From Octopus bimaculoides (lineage: Eukaryota), in the NCBI RefSeq assembly GCF_001194135.2, contig NC_068996.1, positions 8,243,683-8,307,682 of the forward strand: a stretch of DNA of 64,000 nt. The letters run 5' to 3'. This document shows positions 51,504-63,583 of this stretch, in pieces. Both the position numbers and the translations under genes were made by a program. Under the pieces are notes generated by a model, which worked only from the letters and a program-made list of their open reading frames with translations, was not told the origin of the DNA and made no database searches. The first letter of the stretch is position 1, and each line of letters starts with the position of its first letter.

Positions 51504-52919
51504 TAAATACCCATGCAAGTGTATGGACTTAGTGAAAGTGAATGCTTCTTGGCTGTTGATGAGAGAATTGCAGGTTTCATGTTTGCCACTGAGCCACACT
51601 TATGATACTGCGACATGAAAATTTGGCCTAATTCTTAGGTCAATGTTTTACACTCAACAACAATACATGGCTGCCAAAACTAAAAGCAAAAAAAAAACAA
51701 ACAAACAAAAACGTCTGAGCTTGCTCTCCCTCCCCCCCCCTCTCTCTCTCTCTCACACACACATGTACAAAAGTAAAAGAAATGATTGGTGACAAGAGGA
51801 GAAAGAAAAGATAAATACTGCAACTGATACCTTATAACAGCTGTTAGTTGTTATACTCTGCCAGATTCAGCTGGTGTCCAAGTTTTCACCCTGTCAATAT
51901 ATCATAGCTCTGGGTTAATTTATTTGATTGCTGGTCACTTCATGTAGCTTCATGTTATGTATATAGCAACTGCGGCTGTTGTTGTTGATTATTATTCACC
52001 ACTGGCCTAAGGTGGTGAGATGACAGAATCATTAGCATGCCAGGAAAAATGCTTCGCAGCATTTTGTTTGTTGTTACATTCTGAGTTCAAATTCCACTGG
52101 GGTTGACTTTGCCTTTCATCCGTTCAGGGTTGATAAAATAAGCACCTATTGAACACTGGGGTCGATGTAATTGACTGTCCCCTCCCCCCAAATATCAGGC
52201 CTTGTGCCTATTGTAGAAAGGGTTGTTCAGACTGGTTTGGTTTGTAATTTCTTGGTTCAGGCACAACTGCAAAATGAAGTGTATCTTGTATCTTCAGGGT
52301 GGGCTCTTTAGTGTCTTCACTTTTTCTTGCTTGAACTGAAGGGGAAGTTGTTATTATTAGTTCTCAAAGAGATGTTGCACCCATCCTGTGCAAATAAACG
52401 CCGACGCAGCCGACAGCTCTTTGATAACCTCTGGCTTGTAGCTCTTGTAACTCTTGTGTTCCTCATTGCCACCCTATCATTACAATTATTTTACAGACAT
52501 CTTATGGTTTTTTTCCCTCTCATTAGAAGCCCCTCCTCTTCCTCTTTATCACCACCACTACCACCAAGATTAGTATTAACATCATCACCATGACAACTGA
52601 TCCAGTAACATTATCTTATCATCATCATTACTACCACCACAACCATCACCACCACCACCACCACCACCACCACCATCGTTATGTGCATACCGTTCCATGC
52701 CAGCATGGTTCTGACGGGTTTCTTTGGCAATGTTTTATGACTGGATTCCCTTCTTGCTGCCACCATTTTAATCACCTCTTGTGACACACGAAAATATTAC
52801 ACCTGTTTTAATGCTGGAATACACAATACATACATACATACATCCATCCATCCATCCATCCATCCATCCATCAATCAATCAATCAATCAATCATGCAGAA
52901 CTGTTAATGTCTACACATT

Positions 52920-53090
52920 TTCCCTCTCTCTGTTTTTTCATTCCCTCTCCATTTTTCCCTCTCATCACTTCTGCTGAAGAGCATAGGCTTGAAATGTCAA
53001 AGACTTTTCCATTCTTTCCGAGTGTCAAACTAATACACTTGTTTCTTGTTCCCTCACTTGTCTTTGTCTTTTGTTTTCTTCTATAAATTT
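52920..53090 (+). mobile_element. Penelope-like terminal repeat, family 2, with hammerhead-like core
   Basis: actt-CTGCTGA-a-gagc-atag-gctt-GAAA-tg-tc-aaag at 52967-53002; homologous to 9150-9330. Confidence 0.55.
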
Positions 53091-53708
53091 GAACTACATA
53101 CACACATACATACATGCATATATCATTTTCATCATCATCATCATTATCATTTAATGTCCATGTTCCATGCTGGCATGGGTTGGACAGATCAACAGGCTCC
53201 AATATCTCCAAGGATTGTGTTTGCTTTTGCTTGGTTTTTTAGGGTTGGATACCCTTTCTAATGCCAACCACTTTACAATATAGAGTGGGTGTATTTTTCG
53301 TGTCACCTGCACTATTGTTGTCACCGTGCAGTTCACAGGACTATGGGCCCTGGGGTAGATGGTGGGTTGGCTTCATTATAGGGGACAAGGGGATTACTAT
53401 TAGTGGTGGAGCAGAGCAGGTTCCTGCAGAAGGGTTGGTGTAGCTACTCGTGTTTAGCATTGTGTTATAGTTGTAAAATGATAGTCATTTTCTTTCATTT
53501 CCAATATTCTGCTATGAGGAAATATTATCATGCTTAGAAATGGGTGAGAGTTGGTAACAGAAAGGGCATCCGGCTGTAGAAAATCTGCCTTAGGCAAGTT
53601 CTGTCTGAACCATGGAAGCAAGCATGGAAAAGTGGACGTTAAGATGATGATGAGTCCATTATATGCATGAGTATCTGTGTGTGTGTGTGTGTGTGTATAC
53701 ATACATAT

Positions 53709-53746
<38 letters not shown>

Positions 53747-54247
53747 GTGTATGTATATGTATATACACACACACACACACACGCACACACATATATGGGT
53801 AAGCAATGTATGTTAATATACATGCATCAAAGTATATTGTTTTAGTTCTCTCAAAATGTCACAAATCTATTCATTAATTCAATTCAAATCAATCAAGCTT
53901 ATTGCCATTGTTAGTAGGTTTTTCCATGAAAAATGGATAATAGACGAAAAAAAAGTATAAAATGAAAACATCAATGATACTTTCCCAGAGGGAATAGACT
54001 CACACTTTTGTTGATTAAGCAAGCACAATAACTATATATGATAAAGGTGCATGAAATTAAGAACTCTCTCTCATTTTTCTCTCTGTTTGTCTTTGTATCT
54101 TTGTTTTGTCTTTTGTCTCTATGGATTTGCTGATGTCTGTCTTTCTATATGTCTGTGTGTGTGTCTGCCTGTTTGTCTGTGTCTGTCTGTCTGTCTGTCT
54201 GTCTCTTTATACTATTGTGTATGTGTACGCATACATGTTTATGTGTA

Positions 54248-54296
<49 letters not shown>

Positions 54297-54851
54297 NNNN
54301 NNNNNNNNNNNNNNNNNNNNNNNNNNNNNNNNNNNNNNNNNNNNNNNNNNNNNNNNNNNNNNNNNNNNNNNNNNNNNNNNNNNNNNNNNNNNNNNNNNNN
54401 NNNNNNNNNNNNNNNNNNNNNNNNNNNNNNNNNNNNNNNNNNNNNNNNNNNNNNNNNNNNNNNNNNNNNNNNNNNNNNNNNNNNNNNNNNNNNNNNNNNN
54501 NNNNNNNNNNNNNNNNNNNNNNNNNNNNNNNNNNNNNNNNNNNNNNNNNNNNNNNNNNNNNNNNNNNNNNNNNNNNNNNNNNNNNNNNNNNNNNNNNNNN
54601 NNNNNNNNNNNNNNNNNNNNNNNNNNNNNNNNNNNNNNNNNNNNNNNNNNNNNNNNNNNNNTCTGTTTAAGGGGGTTTTTACCCCCAATATTTACATGCT
54701 ATTATTCATAGCTTATCTGCTCTAAGATCCAATGTTTCAAAGAAAGAATTATTTCATGTTCTCTTGGAATTCTTATGATGTCAACAGTATATATGTATGT
54801 ATGTTTGTGTATATTGTATGTGTGTGTATAAATATATATATATATATATAC

Positions 54852-55222
54852 AGGCACAGCCGTGGCCGTGTGGTAAGAAGTTTGCTCCCCAACAACATGT
54901 TTCTGAGTTCAGTCTCACTGAGTGACACTTTGGGCAAGTGTCTTCTATTATAGCCTTAAGCCAAACAAAATCTTATCAGTAGATTTGGTGCATGGCAACT
55001 GAAGGAAGCCCATCGTGTGTGTTTGTGTGTGTGTGTGTGTTGCTTAACAGCCAGTGTTGGTGTGTTTACATTTCCATAACTTAGTGGCTCAGCAAAATAG
55101 ACCGATATCATGATATCTAGACTTTGAGAAAAATAAAAAATCCTAGGATCGATTTGTTTGATTAAAACCCTTCAAGGGGTGCCCCAAGATGGCTACAGTC
55201 AAATGACTGAAACAAGTTAAAG
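54852..55222 (+). mobile_element. SINE family A diverged copy
   Basis: Head aggcacagccgtggccgtgtggtaagaag, tail cagtcaaatgactgaaacaagt. Confidence 0.8.
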
Positions 55223-55506
55223 ATAATATATATCTTGTTGATGTACAGTTAATACAGAAATTGTGTTAGTAATTTGGCCACTATACATTTGGAAATGTAT
55301 CTTTTGTCAGATCATTCCTATGTGGAGCGCTCTCTACTTTTAATTAAATTCTGTTTTTGTATATATTTTTTTGATATTTGCATTAGGAAGGACATCCAGT
55401 TGTAGAAACCAAGCCAAAACAGACTGGAACTTGGTGTGCAGCTCTCCATCTTGCCAGCTCTGGTCAAACCATCCAATCCATACCAGCATGGAAAATGGAC
55501 ATTTAA

Positions 55507-55725
55507 CCCTTTAGCATTCAGATTTCTTTGTCAAATGTATTACTTATTTATTCACATTGTGTGAAATTAGTCATGCATTATCTTTTAGCTTCAAGATTTA
55601 ATAGTATGTTTGTATATCTTTAAAATGGCATTATAGGGTAGGTGTGAGAGGTTATTTCTCGTTAGTTTGTACATAAAACAAGTAGAATATTTGGGCCAGA
55701 TATGGCCTGTTTAAATGCTAAAGGG
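55507..55725. mobile_element. piggyBac-type MITE family 1, intact ends, 219 bp
   Basis: TTAA TSD at 55503-55506 and 55726-55729; TIR CCCTTTAGCATT / AATGCTAAAGGG; inserted into the tail of a family C SINE. Confidence 0.9.
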
Positions 55726-57274
55726 TTAAGGATGATGAGGATTGGAATTTGTGAGCAATGTGCATTGCTAGTTATAGGTTTCTCAAGATGGCAAGAATGA
55801 CTGTTTTTTCTTGTTGGGCAGAACAGAGTTGACAAGAAAATTTGGAAGATCAAGTTTATCAGTTTTGTTGCCAATGTACACATCTTTTGCTGATATGCGT
55901 TACCGACAACATAGCATGACTGCACAGACAGAAAGACAGACAGACAAACAGACACACACACACACACAAGCACACACACTCTTATGCATAGTACAATGTT
56001 GCCCAACATAGTTTTCTGTCTACTTAGAAAGGTATGATGACACTCACTTCTCTTCAGCTGAACAAATTATCTTTTGGAAACTGAAGATAATAACTTGTTG
56101 CATTTAATTTTGGCTGTGAATGAAGAAGCTATCATTTTCTATGATAAAATATATATCTCTTTGATTTAAGCTCTCAGAAACAAAACAGAATTTAATAGTG
56201 TTACAGTAATGTTGTTTATAACTAGAGATAACTACAGTTTGTATTTTTACAAATTATTAACAATAAAAATTTAGATTTGTTGTAATATGTTTGTGTCATA
56301 TCTGACCTGTACAAAGGCCATTCTCACAGTGGTTTGCCATTGAGAAAAATTCTTGCTTTAGGTAATAGGTACTAGAAAAAAACCCAATAATCATTTCATG
56401 GTGAACTCTGGCTGAAAGATGAATGCATTTCTTGCTACTTGACAATCATCAGCACTTTTCTTGCCTGTAGGTGTCATTAATTGACTGCTGGTGTTTTCCA
56501 ACACATTTCCTAAAGTGAGTATTTTCCTCAACAGCAAACCATAGTGAAAATTGCCTTTGTACTGGTTAAACATTCTTAAGCATGTTTGAACTGATCTAAA
56601 TGTTTGTTTACTTGCAACTCTATTTTCACATTCATATTACAATATTTTGTTCTGTCCTTGGTCAGTGTTGCTCATTTTCAAGTCATGTTTTGCCACTTAT
56701 TTAGTATAAAATGGTTTCCAAAGTCATTTCAGTTTGCTGATGAGTGCCAAAAAGCTAGAAAAGCATTTGCTGCTTCTGCCAGAGAATGCCTTGAAGTGGC
56801 TGTTGCCTAAAATTGGATTATTCTCAGTGGCATGCAGCAGTTAATATAGCCTTTGTAAAGTCAGATTTATTCCAAACACAAACTGATCTAAATGTTTATT
56901 TACTCACAACACTGCTCTTATTGACAATAACCTGTACTATAAAAATAGCAATTTCTTTGTATTGATTTTATTTTTTAAATATTTTAAATGATTTTTATTT
57001 TCTCACTGGCTTAGGCTGATAAAAATTTTTTACACCTTCCATCAGATAGTAAGTGACCAGATTGATTTAGTTATAAATTTACTATTGAAAACTATATAAT
57101 GATTGCTTGATATCTAACTTCATGATACAATGGTTCTAGAAACAATTTTCAAATTAGTGTTACATTAATGATGCGTAAATATGTAAAGTGATGGACAAAA
57201 GTTAAAGTAAAAAATCTTTTTGTTCTTTCCATTACAAAGTTGTTTTCTTTAGCTGGAATATGCATGTGTGCTCA

Positions 57275-57277
<3 letters not shown>

Positions 57278-57335
<58 letters not shown>

Positions 57336-58120
57336 TAGATTTAATCAAAAGATTAAATGTGGTACTTAAAATGTTTGAGGCACCAGAATTTGGTAGGATA
57401 AAAACCAAAAACAAAATCAAGAGATTTGATATATCTTTGAAGAAAAGCAACAAAAATTCAATAGGTTATAGCAGTACGTACGCTTCGTACAAACTTCATT
57501 TATTTATGTAGTGAGAACACTACATCAGATGTGCAATGAAAATGTACTCCTCAGCTGCATAATGGAGTAGGAGATGAAGAAAATACCATCTTGACTGGGC
57601 TGTTAATCAACAGTCTAGTGAATCAAACATGAATTTGATTTCTATATATTCTAATTGGAGGGGTAAGATAGCACCCCTCCAATTAGAATATATAGAAATC
57701 AAATTCATGTTTGATTCACTAGACTGTTGATTAACAGCCCAGTCAAGATGGTATTTTCTTCATCTCCTACTCCATTATGCAGCTGAGGAGTACATTTTCA
57801 TTGCACATCTGATGTAGTGTTCTCACTACATAAATAAATGAAGTTTNNNNNNNNNNNNNNNNNNNNNNNNNNNNNNNNNNNNNNNNNNNNNNNNNNNNNN
57901 NNNNNNNNNNNNNNNNNNNNNNNNNNNNNNNNNNNNNNNNNNNNNNNNNNNNNNNNNNNNNNNNNNNNNNNNNNNNNNNNNNNNNNNNNNNNNNNNNNNN
58001 NNNNNNNNNNNNNNNNNNNNNNNNNNNNNNNNNNNNNNNNNNNNNNNNNNNNNNNNNNNNNNNNNNNNNNNNNNNNNNNNNNNNNNNNNNNNNNNNNNNN
58101 NNNNNTTTGATTAAATCTAT

Positions 58121-58170
<50 letters not shown>
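57278..58170. repeat. Long perfect palindrome with an 8-nt spacer, interrupted by a gap
   Basis: 57491-57664 is the exact reverse complement of 57673-57846; spacer aagatagc; 58106 onward matches the reverse complement of 57349 and leftward. Confidence 0.9.
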
Positions 58171-58174
<4 letters not shown>

Positions 58175-58369
58175 CATCATTTAATGTCCATTGTCCATAT
58201 GTCATGGAACGGATGGTTTGACTAGAGCTGCACCAAACACCAGTGTGATTTAGCTTGGTTTCTACAACTGGATGCCGTTCCTAATGCCAACAACTTTACA
58301 GTGTATGCTGGCTGCTTTTACATGGGACCACACAGGAACTTTTATGTGGCACTGCATATTTGTGTGTGC

Positions 58370-58400
<31 letters not shown>

Positions 58401-58430
58401 GATAGATAGATATATATACACACACACATA

Positions 58431-59462
58431 CAGGGTGCAGTGAATAAATTGTCATCTAAATTACACAAAAATGAAAATAACACTGACATCTCATTTTAAC
58501 AGATATATTCACCAAAATTACATAAAAATATCTTAAAATACTAAAGAGTAAATTTATTCCATAAAATTGCCATTGGCTTCAGTCATGGCCTTTAGACGAC
58601 TTCAGAATCTCCTGCAACTCTTCTGGACGGTCTCCTTGTTTAAGTTGGTGAATGCTGCCATAATCCTTGCCTTCAGTTCATCTTTGGTGTTACAGTGAGT
58701 TTTGTTGGTCTCTCACCCAACCATGCCTGACACATAATAATCAAGGGATTATAGTCTGAGGAGTTAGGTGGCCAGATGTCAGGGGTGATGGGTCGCAGAA
58801 ATGTCTGACAGCCATGACTGGGTTCTCCTGCTTGTGTGACATGGTGCAGAGTCCTGTTGCCAGACACAGGGTCTTCCAGCAGCCACCATCTTGACCCAGG
58901 GCAGCACTACCTCCTCCAAGCACTTGATGTGTTGAGTGTGAGGCTGTGTGGGAAGATGAATGGAGGTCTAGTGTTGCCATCACTAGTGATCACTCCAAAC
59001 ACCATGATGTTGACTGGATGTTTGATTTTTATCACTCTCACTACTTTCTTGGCAACGGACCTGATTGACTTGGAGGGATTGTTGTCAATCATGACCTGGA
59101 TCTCACCAACAAATTCAGGTGTTCTTTTCTTATCAGAATGATCATAATGAGTTTTCTGAGTTGCTGTACCTTCGTAATCACTATTAGACTCATCCACCTC
59201 TTTCCAAATTCTCTGCACTGTTCTCAGATTGACACCCAAACACTCTGAAATGCTTGTATTGGAGCTTCTGGTGTGAATGCCAAGCAGTACAACATGTTGT
59301 TTTCAAATTTTTGGCAGAGTAAATTGTATCATGGTGCTGTTTTTCTCACAGACAGTGCCCACCTGACCCTACTATACTGTGTAGTTGACAAAATCAAAAA
59401 CAAACAAGGCACATGCATGAAATTAAAAAATACAATGGTGAAAATTTACCCATCACACCCTG
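58431..59462 (-). mobile_element. Tc1/mariner element, probably DD37D (maT) type, internally deleted
   Basis: TA TSDs at 58429-58430 and 59463-59464; imperfect TIR CAGGGTG...TAAATT; peptides MVFGVITSDG, WQQDSAPCHTSRRTQSWL, WPPNSSDYNPL with spacing consistent with D(37)D. Confidence 0.85.
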
Positions 59463-59678
59463 TATATATAAACACACACACACACACACACAATAGTTGC
59501 AGGCATGGTTGTGTATGTAAGAAGTTTGCTTCACAGTGATGAAACTTTGGGTTCAGTCCCACTATAGGTATCTTGAGCATGTGCCTTCTACTATAACCTT
59601 AGGTCAATAAATGTCTTGTGAGGGAATTCAGCAGCCGACGCTGTGTGTGTGTGTGCACACTAATACATAAATGGCTGC

Positions 59679-59724
<46 letters not shown>

Positions 59725-59967
59725 CACTCTGTGTGTGTGTGTAGAATATATCATATTGCATAAATGCTGAAGGTTAATTTCTAATAATTTGTATATTCTG
59801 TTGTGTCTGAGGAGAGTCATTTTCTTTTTGTGCCTTATAATTTAACACACTCACCGGTAAAATTTCCACTCATTCCTTATTTTTATTTTCTTAAGATTCT
59901 CGTTGCATCTTGCAACTTTTTTTCGATAGTTTTGACCCTAATTTGTATATATTTTTTCATGTTATAG

Positions 59968-60031
59968 GCTGGATAAAGCACAGCAAGAACAAAATCTAAA
60001 CGACAGACTAAAAGATGTTGAAGGAATTGAG
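59968..60031 (+). CDS. STIM: STIM exon encoding CC1 continuation (phase 2 to phase 0)
   Basis: ttttttcatgttatag acceptor, gtgagt donor; (R)LDKAQQEQNLNDRLKDVEGIE continues ELQER-LxKAQxE in frame. Confidence 0.88.
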
Positions 60032-60449
60032 GTGAGTAAGAACTGGGTTGCATTTATTTCCATTTAATTTTCAAATAAAACTTTTTTTTCTTCTTTTTTT
60101 ATTTGTCTTGCTCCAATGTTTTGTTTTGAACATCCTTCTTGAAATCTACAAAATCACGTCTTGAACATAGGGAACACTCTCTCATGGTGGCCTTATGTTC
60201 CCTGTATAGCAAAGACTGGGATTCTGCAGCTACTGCACATGCTGATATCCTAGAATAAGGAGCCACCAACCACTGGGCCAAACAATAATGAGCTGTAGAT
60301 CATTTGGTATTGGGTCACACAAAAAGAATAAAGTTTTAAGTTTTATATCTTTTTTTTTTTATTGTAATAGTCTACAACGAAATTATAGCAAAAATGAAGT
60401 GAATAGCATACAATGTAATAATTATGTTCACGTTATATTTATAATACTA

Positions 60450-60790
60450 GTGAAGGAGCACAGCTCAGTGGTTAGAGCAACAGTTCACAATCATGAGGTA
60501 GTGAGTTCAATTCCCAGACCAGACTGAGTGTTGTGTTCTTGAGCAAGACACTTTGTTTTATGTTGCTCCAGTTCACTCAGCTGTAGAAATGAGTTGCGAT
60601 GTCACTGGTGCCTAGCTGTATCAGCCCCTTTGCCTTTCCCTTGGATAACATCCATGGTGTGGAGAGGGGAGGCTGGTATGCATGGGCAATTGCTGGTCTT
60701 CCATAAACAACTTTGCCCAGACTTGTGCCATGGAGGGGAACTTTCTAAATGCAATCTCATGGTCATTCATGACTGAATGGGGGTCTTTAT
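60450..60790 (+). mobile_element. tRNA-derived SINE family D (Meta/V-SINE-like central domain)
   Basis: A box cagctcagtggttagag, B box gagttcaattcc, then gtgttcttgagcaagacacttt...ttgctccagttcactcagctg; inverted head remnant at about 40590-40740. Confidence 0.7.
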
Positions 60791-61809
60791 TTTTATAATG
60801 ATTAACATATATTATGCACTTTATTATGTTTTGTTATATACATGATTCCATCATCTGTGGAAAAAATTCTTACGTGAGACTAGTGCTGAGTGCAAAGAAG
60901 GTTGTGGACTGCTCTCTTAGACAACATCTAAAAGAAAAAAAAAGAAAGAAAAAGAAAAGCTATCTGACTACATGGTATGAAGTTACTCACCTACATATGC
61001 CAAATTCCAATCCTTAGGTGTGATATCTTTTCTCTCTACATTTTTCACCAGTTGGTGTTGTGCCAACCCCATTTGTCACTCTTTTTTTCTCTATACCTTC
61101 TCCACCATACCCCCTGCACTGACCACTACACTCAGTTTTTCTGCCTGGAACACCAACTCATTGGAATTCTTTCTTTGTTGATGCTTTCCTGTGGTCATAC
61201 ACTTGCAATTAAAGGAGCATTTGTCATATTGACCCAATTTTCATATCAGAATACCTACTGAGTCCATGTCCACAACCCTTTCTTCTATGCCCAAATCATG
61301 AGAAAAAAATTATGGTTTAAAAAACAAGACAAAAAATGACAGCAAAATGTGAATCAATTCACTTTTTAATTACTAAAAGATTGATGTAACTTACGCCCTA
61401 CATTAGTGTAAAACATGTCTAAGACATGTTTTAAGTTCTTTCTTTTGTGTGATAGCAAAATCTTCTGAAAGTTAATATCAATTCCCAAGTGGGTCACAAA
61501 ATTTTAATGATATCTACAGCATTGAAAGGTGAGCGAGACCAGGAAGTCTAGTTCACTTCTAGAATAAACCTGATTATATTGTTTTGTTATATTGCTATAG
61601 TTAATCTCTTTCTTTTTAATGTTTCTATTCTGAATGTTCTCTGTTAAATTCCAATGGGTCAACTGACAACAGAGAGTCCTTTGTTATCTTTTTTTTTTTA
61701 ATTGATTTAAATCTTTTACTTAGTTTGTTATTGAATTTTTTTTTAGTTGATTTCTCTTGCATCAGAATGTCGCTATCATACAAGTGGTGTCAGTCATTTC
61801 TAATATTCT

Positions 61810-62020
61810 TAATTCTTATTGCCCACAAGGGGCTAAACATAGAGGGGACAAACAAGGACAGACAAAGGGATTAAGTCGGTTACATCAACCCCAGTGCGCA
61901 ACTGGTACTTAATTTATCGACCCTGTAAGGATGAAAGGCAAAGTCGACCTCGGCGGAATTTGAACTCAGAACGTAACGGCAGACAAAATACTGCTAAGCA
62001 TTTCACCCAACTTGCCACCT
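61810..62020 (-). mobile_element. SINE family B, tail B1, with 16-bp TSD
   Basis: tcatttctaatattct at 61794-61809 and 62021-62036. Confidence 0.9.
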
Positions 62021-62745
62021 TCATTTCTAATATTCTGCAGAAACCTGTTTGGTCAAGGAGAAATATTACTTTACATTGAAATGGTTAAAGTTTGTGACAA
62101 AAAAGAGCATCTAGCTGTAGAAAATTTGATTCAGTCAACTTTATCTGGCCCTTGCAAGCATAGATATGTGGCTGTTTAAAATGATGATGATGATGGTTTG
62201 TGAATGTTTATAATATAGAATTTTATCTCTTCTTGGTGTAAATACCAGACACTATTTTAGGAAGTAAGCACTATCCACTCTGTCAGGAAGGGAACTTTAG
62301 CTGTTCTGTTACATATGAACCCCAGTTTAATCTATGCTATCAACCCCTCTCTCACAAAGTGGGCAGCTGCTTATCCATCAAGATGCAGGTACCTGCTTAT
62401 GTCAGGAAATGGGCACCTGCATATTTGTCGGAAAGTAGGTATCGGTCATTGTCACCATGTGGACACTGTCCACTGTGGGAAGTGGACACCTGTTTATTTG
62501 TCAGGTGGCTGGAAGCATGCCAGACTGTCTACCGCTAAGTAGATACCAGTAACTTTGTCACATGGGCACTAATCCAGTCTGTAGGAAGTGGACAGCTGTT
62601 GATCTGACACAGAGTTAACCCCAACCCCTTTGTCACAAATATATTTTCCAGTTTTATGAACTGGGAAAAAAAAAAAAGTGCAATGCTCTCATTAGTGTTT
62701 GAACTCATGACTTACTTATTACTGTGTTGCATCTTTTCTTGACAG

Positions 62746-62768
62746 AAATTTAACTCAGACAATTATAA
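62746..62768 (+). CDS. STIM: Candidate STIM 23-nt microexon (KFNSDNY plus 2 nt)
   Basis: tgttgcatcttttcttgacag acceptor, AA/gtaagt donor, open in the phase 0 left by the preceding exon; no transcript evidence. Confidence 0.45.
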
Positions 62769-63276
62769 GTAAGTTTTTATAACATGAGGTTATGAGAGCT
62801 TTCTTACAACCCATTAATTTATAACTTGACTTGTAGCTAAAGTGCAAAAGAAAGTGTCCCTTTTATTGTGGGATGACTCGAGAACTCATTGTTATCTCAT
62901 TGTACACCATTCTCTTGTTTGTATGTAAACTTTCAATTGTTTGTATTGCTGGATGAGAAAGGAGGGTTCCAGCTGAGATAATATCTGAACAAGGCCCCCA
63001 CCCTCCTCTTCCTGAAGTGGAGTCAACAATGCAATTTTAGATTATACTTAGGCTTATCTATGTTGTGCAGAGAAAAAGACTTTGCTACCATGTCTCTTAA
63101 GTTTACGTAAGATACCCTCATTTCACATAATACTGAAGATCATGTAACTAAACTTCTCCACCAAAAAGAATTTGCTACCACTTCTCTTAGTTTATGTAAC
63201 ATATCCTCATTCCACATAATATTGAAAATCGTGTAATGAAACTCCTCCACCAAAAAGAAAGGACAAAAAAGTCAAG

Positions 63277-63433
63277 CAGTTCTATATTTAAGAGATGAGG
63301 AATTATGTACATTATTCACATTTGACAGTTATTTGTCCTCATTTTGTTTGTTGTTAACACACCGTTCCGGCTGATATACCTTCCAGCCTTCATCAGATGT
63401 CTTGGGGAAATTTCAAACCTGGGTTCTCATTCC
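63277..63433 (-). mobile_element. Penelope-like terminal repeat, family 1, third copy with hammerhead fold
   Basis: Matches the 26378-26690 arms; CTGATGA at 63390-63396 (-); a 3' fragment of the same repeat lies at about 22321-22360. Confidence 0.75.
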
Positions 63434-63435
63434 AT

Positions 63436-63560
63436 GGGCATATAGTGTAGTGGTTAAGAGCACGGGCTACTAACCCCAAGATTCCGAGTTCGATTCCAGG
63501 CAGTGATCTGAATAATAATAATAATGATGATGATAATAATAATAATAATAATAATAATTA
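63436..63560 (+). mobile_element. Short tRNA-like retroposon (head only) with (AAT)n tail
   Basis: tagtgtagtggt A box, gagttcgattcc B box, 7-nt loop ctactaa in a gggc/cccc-type stem; acceptor stem does not close. Confidence 0.6.
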
Positions 63561-63583
63561 TTATTATTATTATTATTATTATA

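Noticed and set aside
60099-60281. Coding-looking 60-aa minus-strand ORF and an 8-bp agggaaca/tgttccct hairpin
   Set aside because: No recognisable domain or splice support; the stem is too short for a miRNA call
61520-61528. 9-nt cag/CATTGAAAG/gtgagc microexon-like segment
   Set aside because: Poor pyrimidine tract, and it reads CAT TGA (stop) in the required phase
63075-63262. Two diverged direct copies of a unit of about 92 bp
   Set aside because: Only two units, no conserved-repeat/unique-spacer pattern and no cas genes, so not CRISPR-like; an ordinary local duplication
63436-63510. Functional tRNA gene
   Set aside because: Acceptor stem does not pair, there is no oligo-T terminator, and it has an (AAT)n tail; treated as a retroposon
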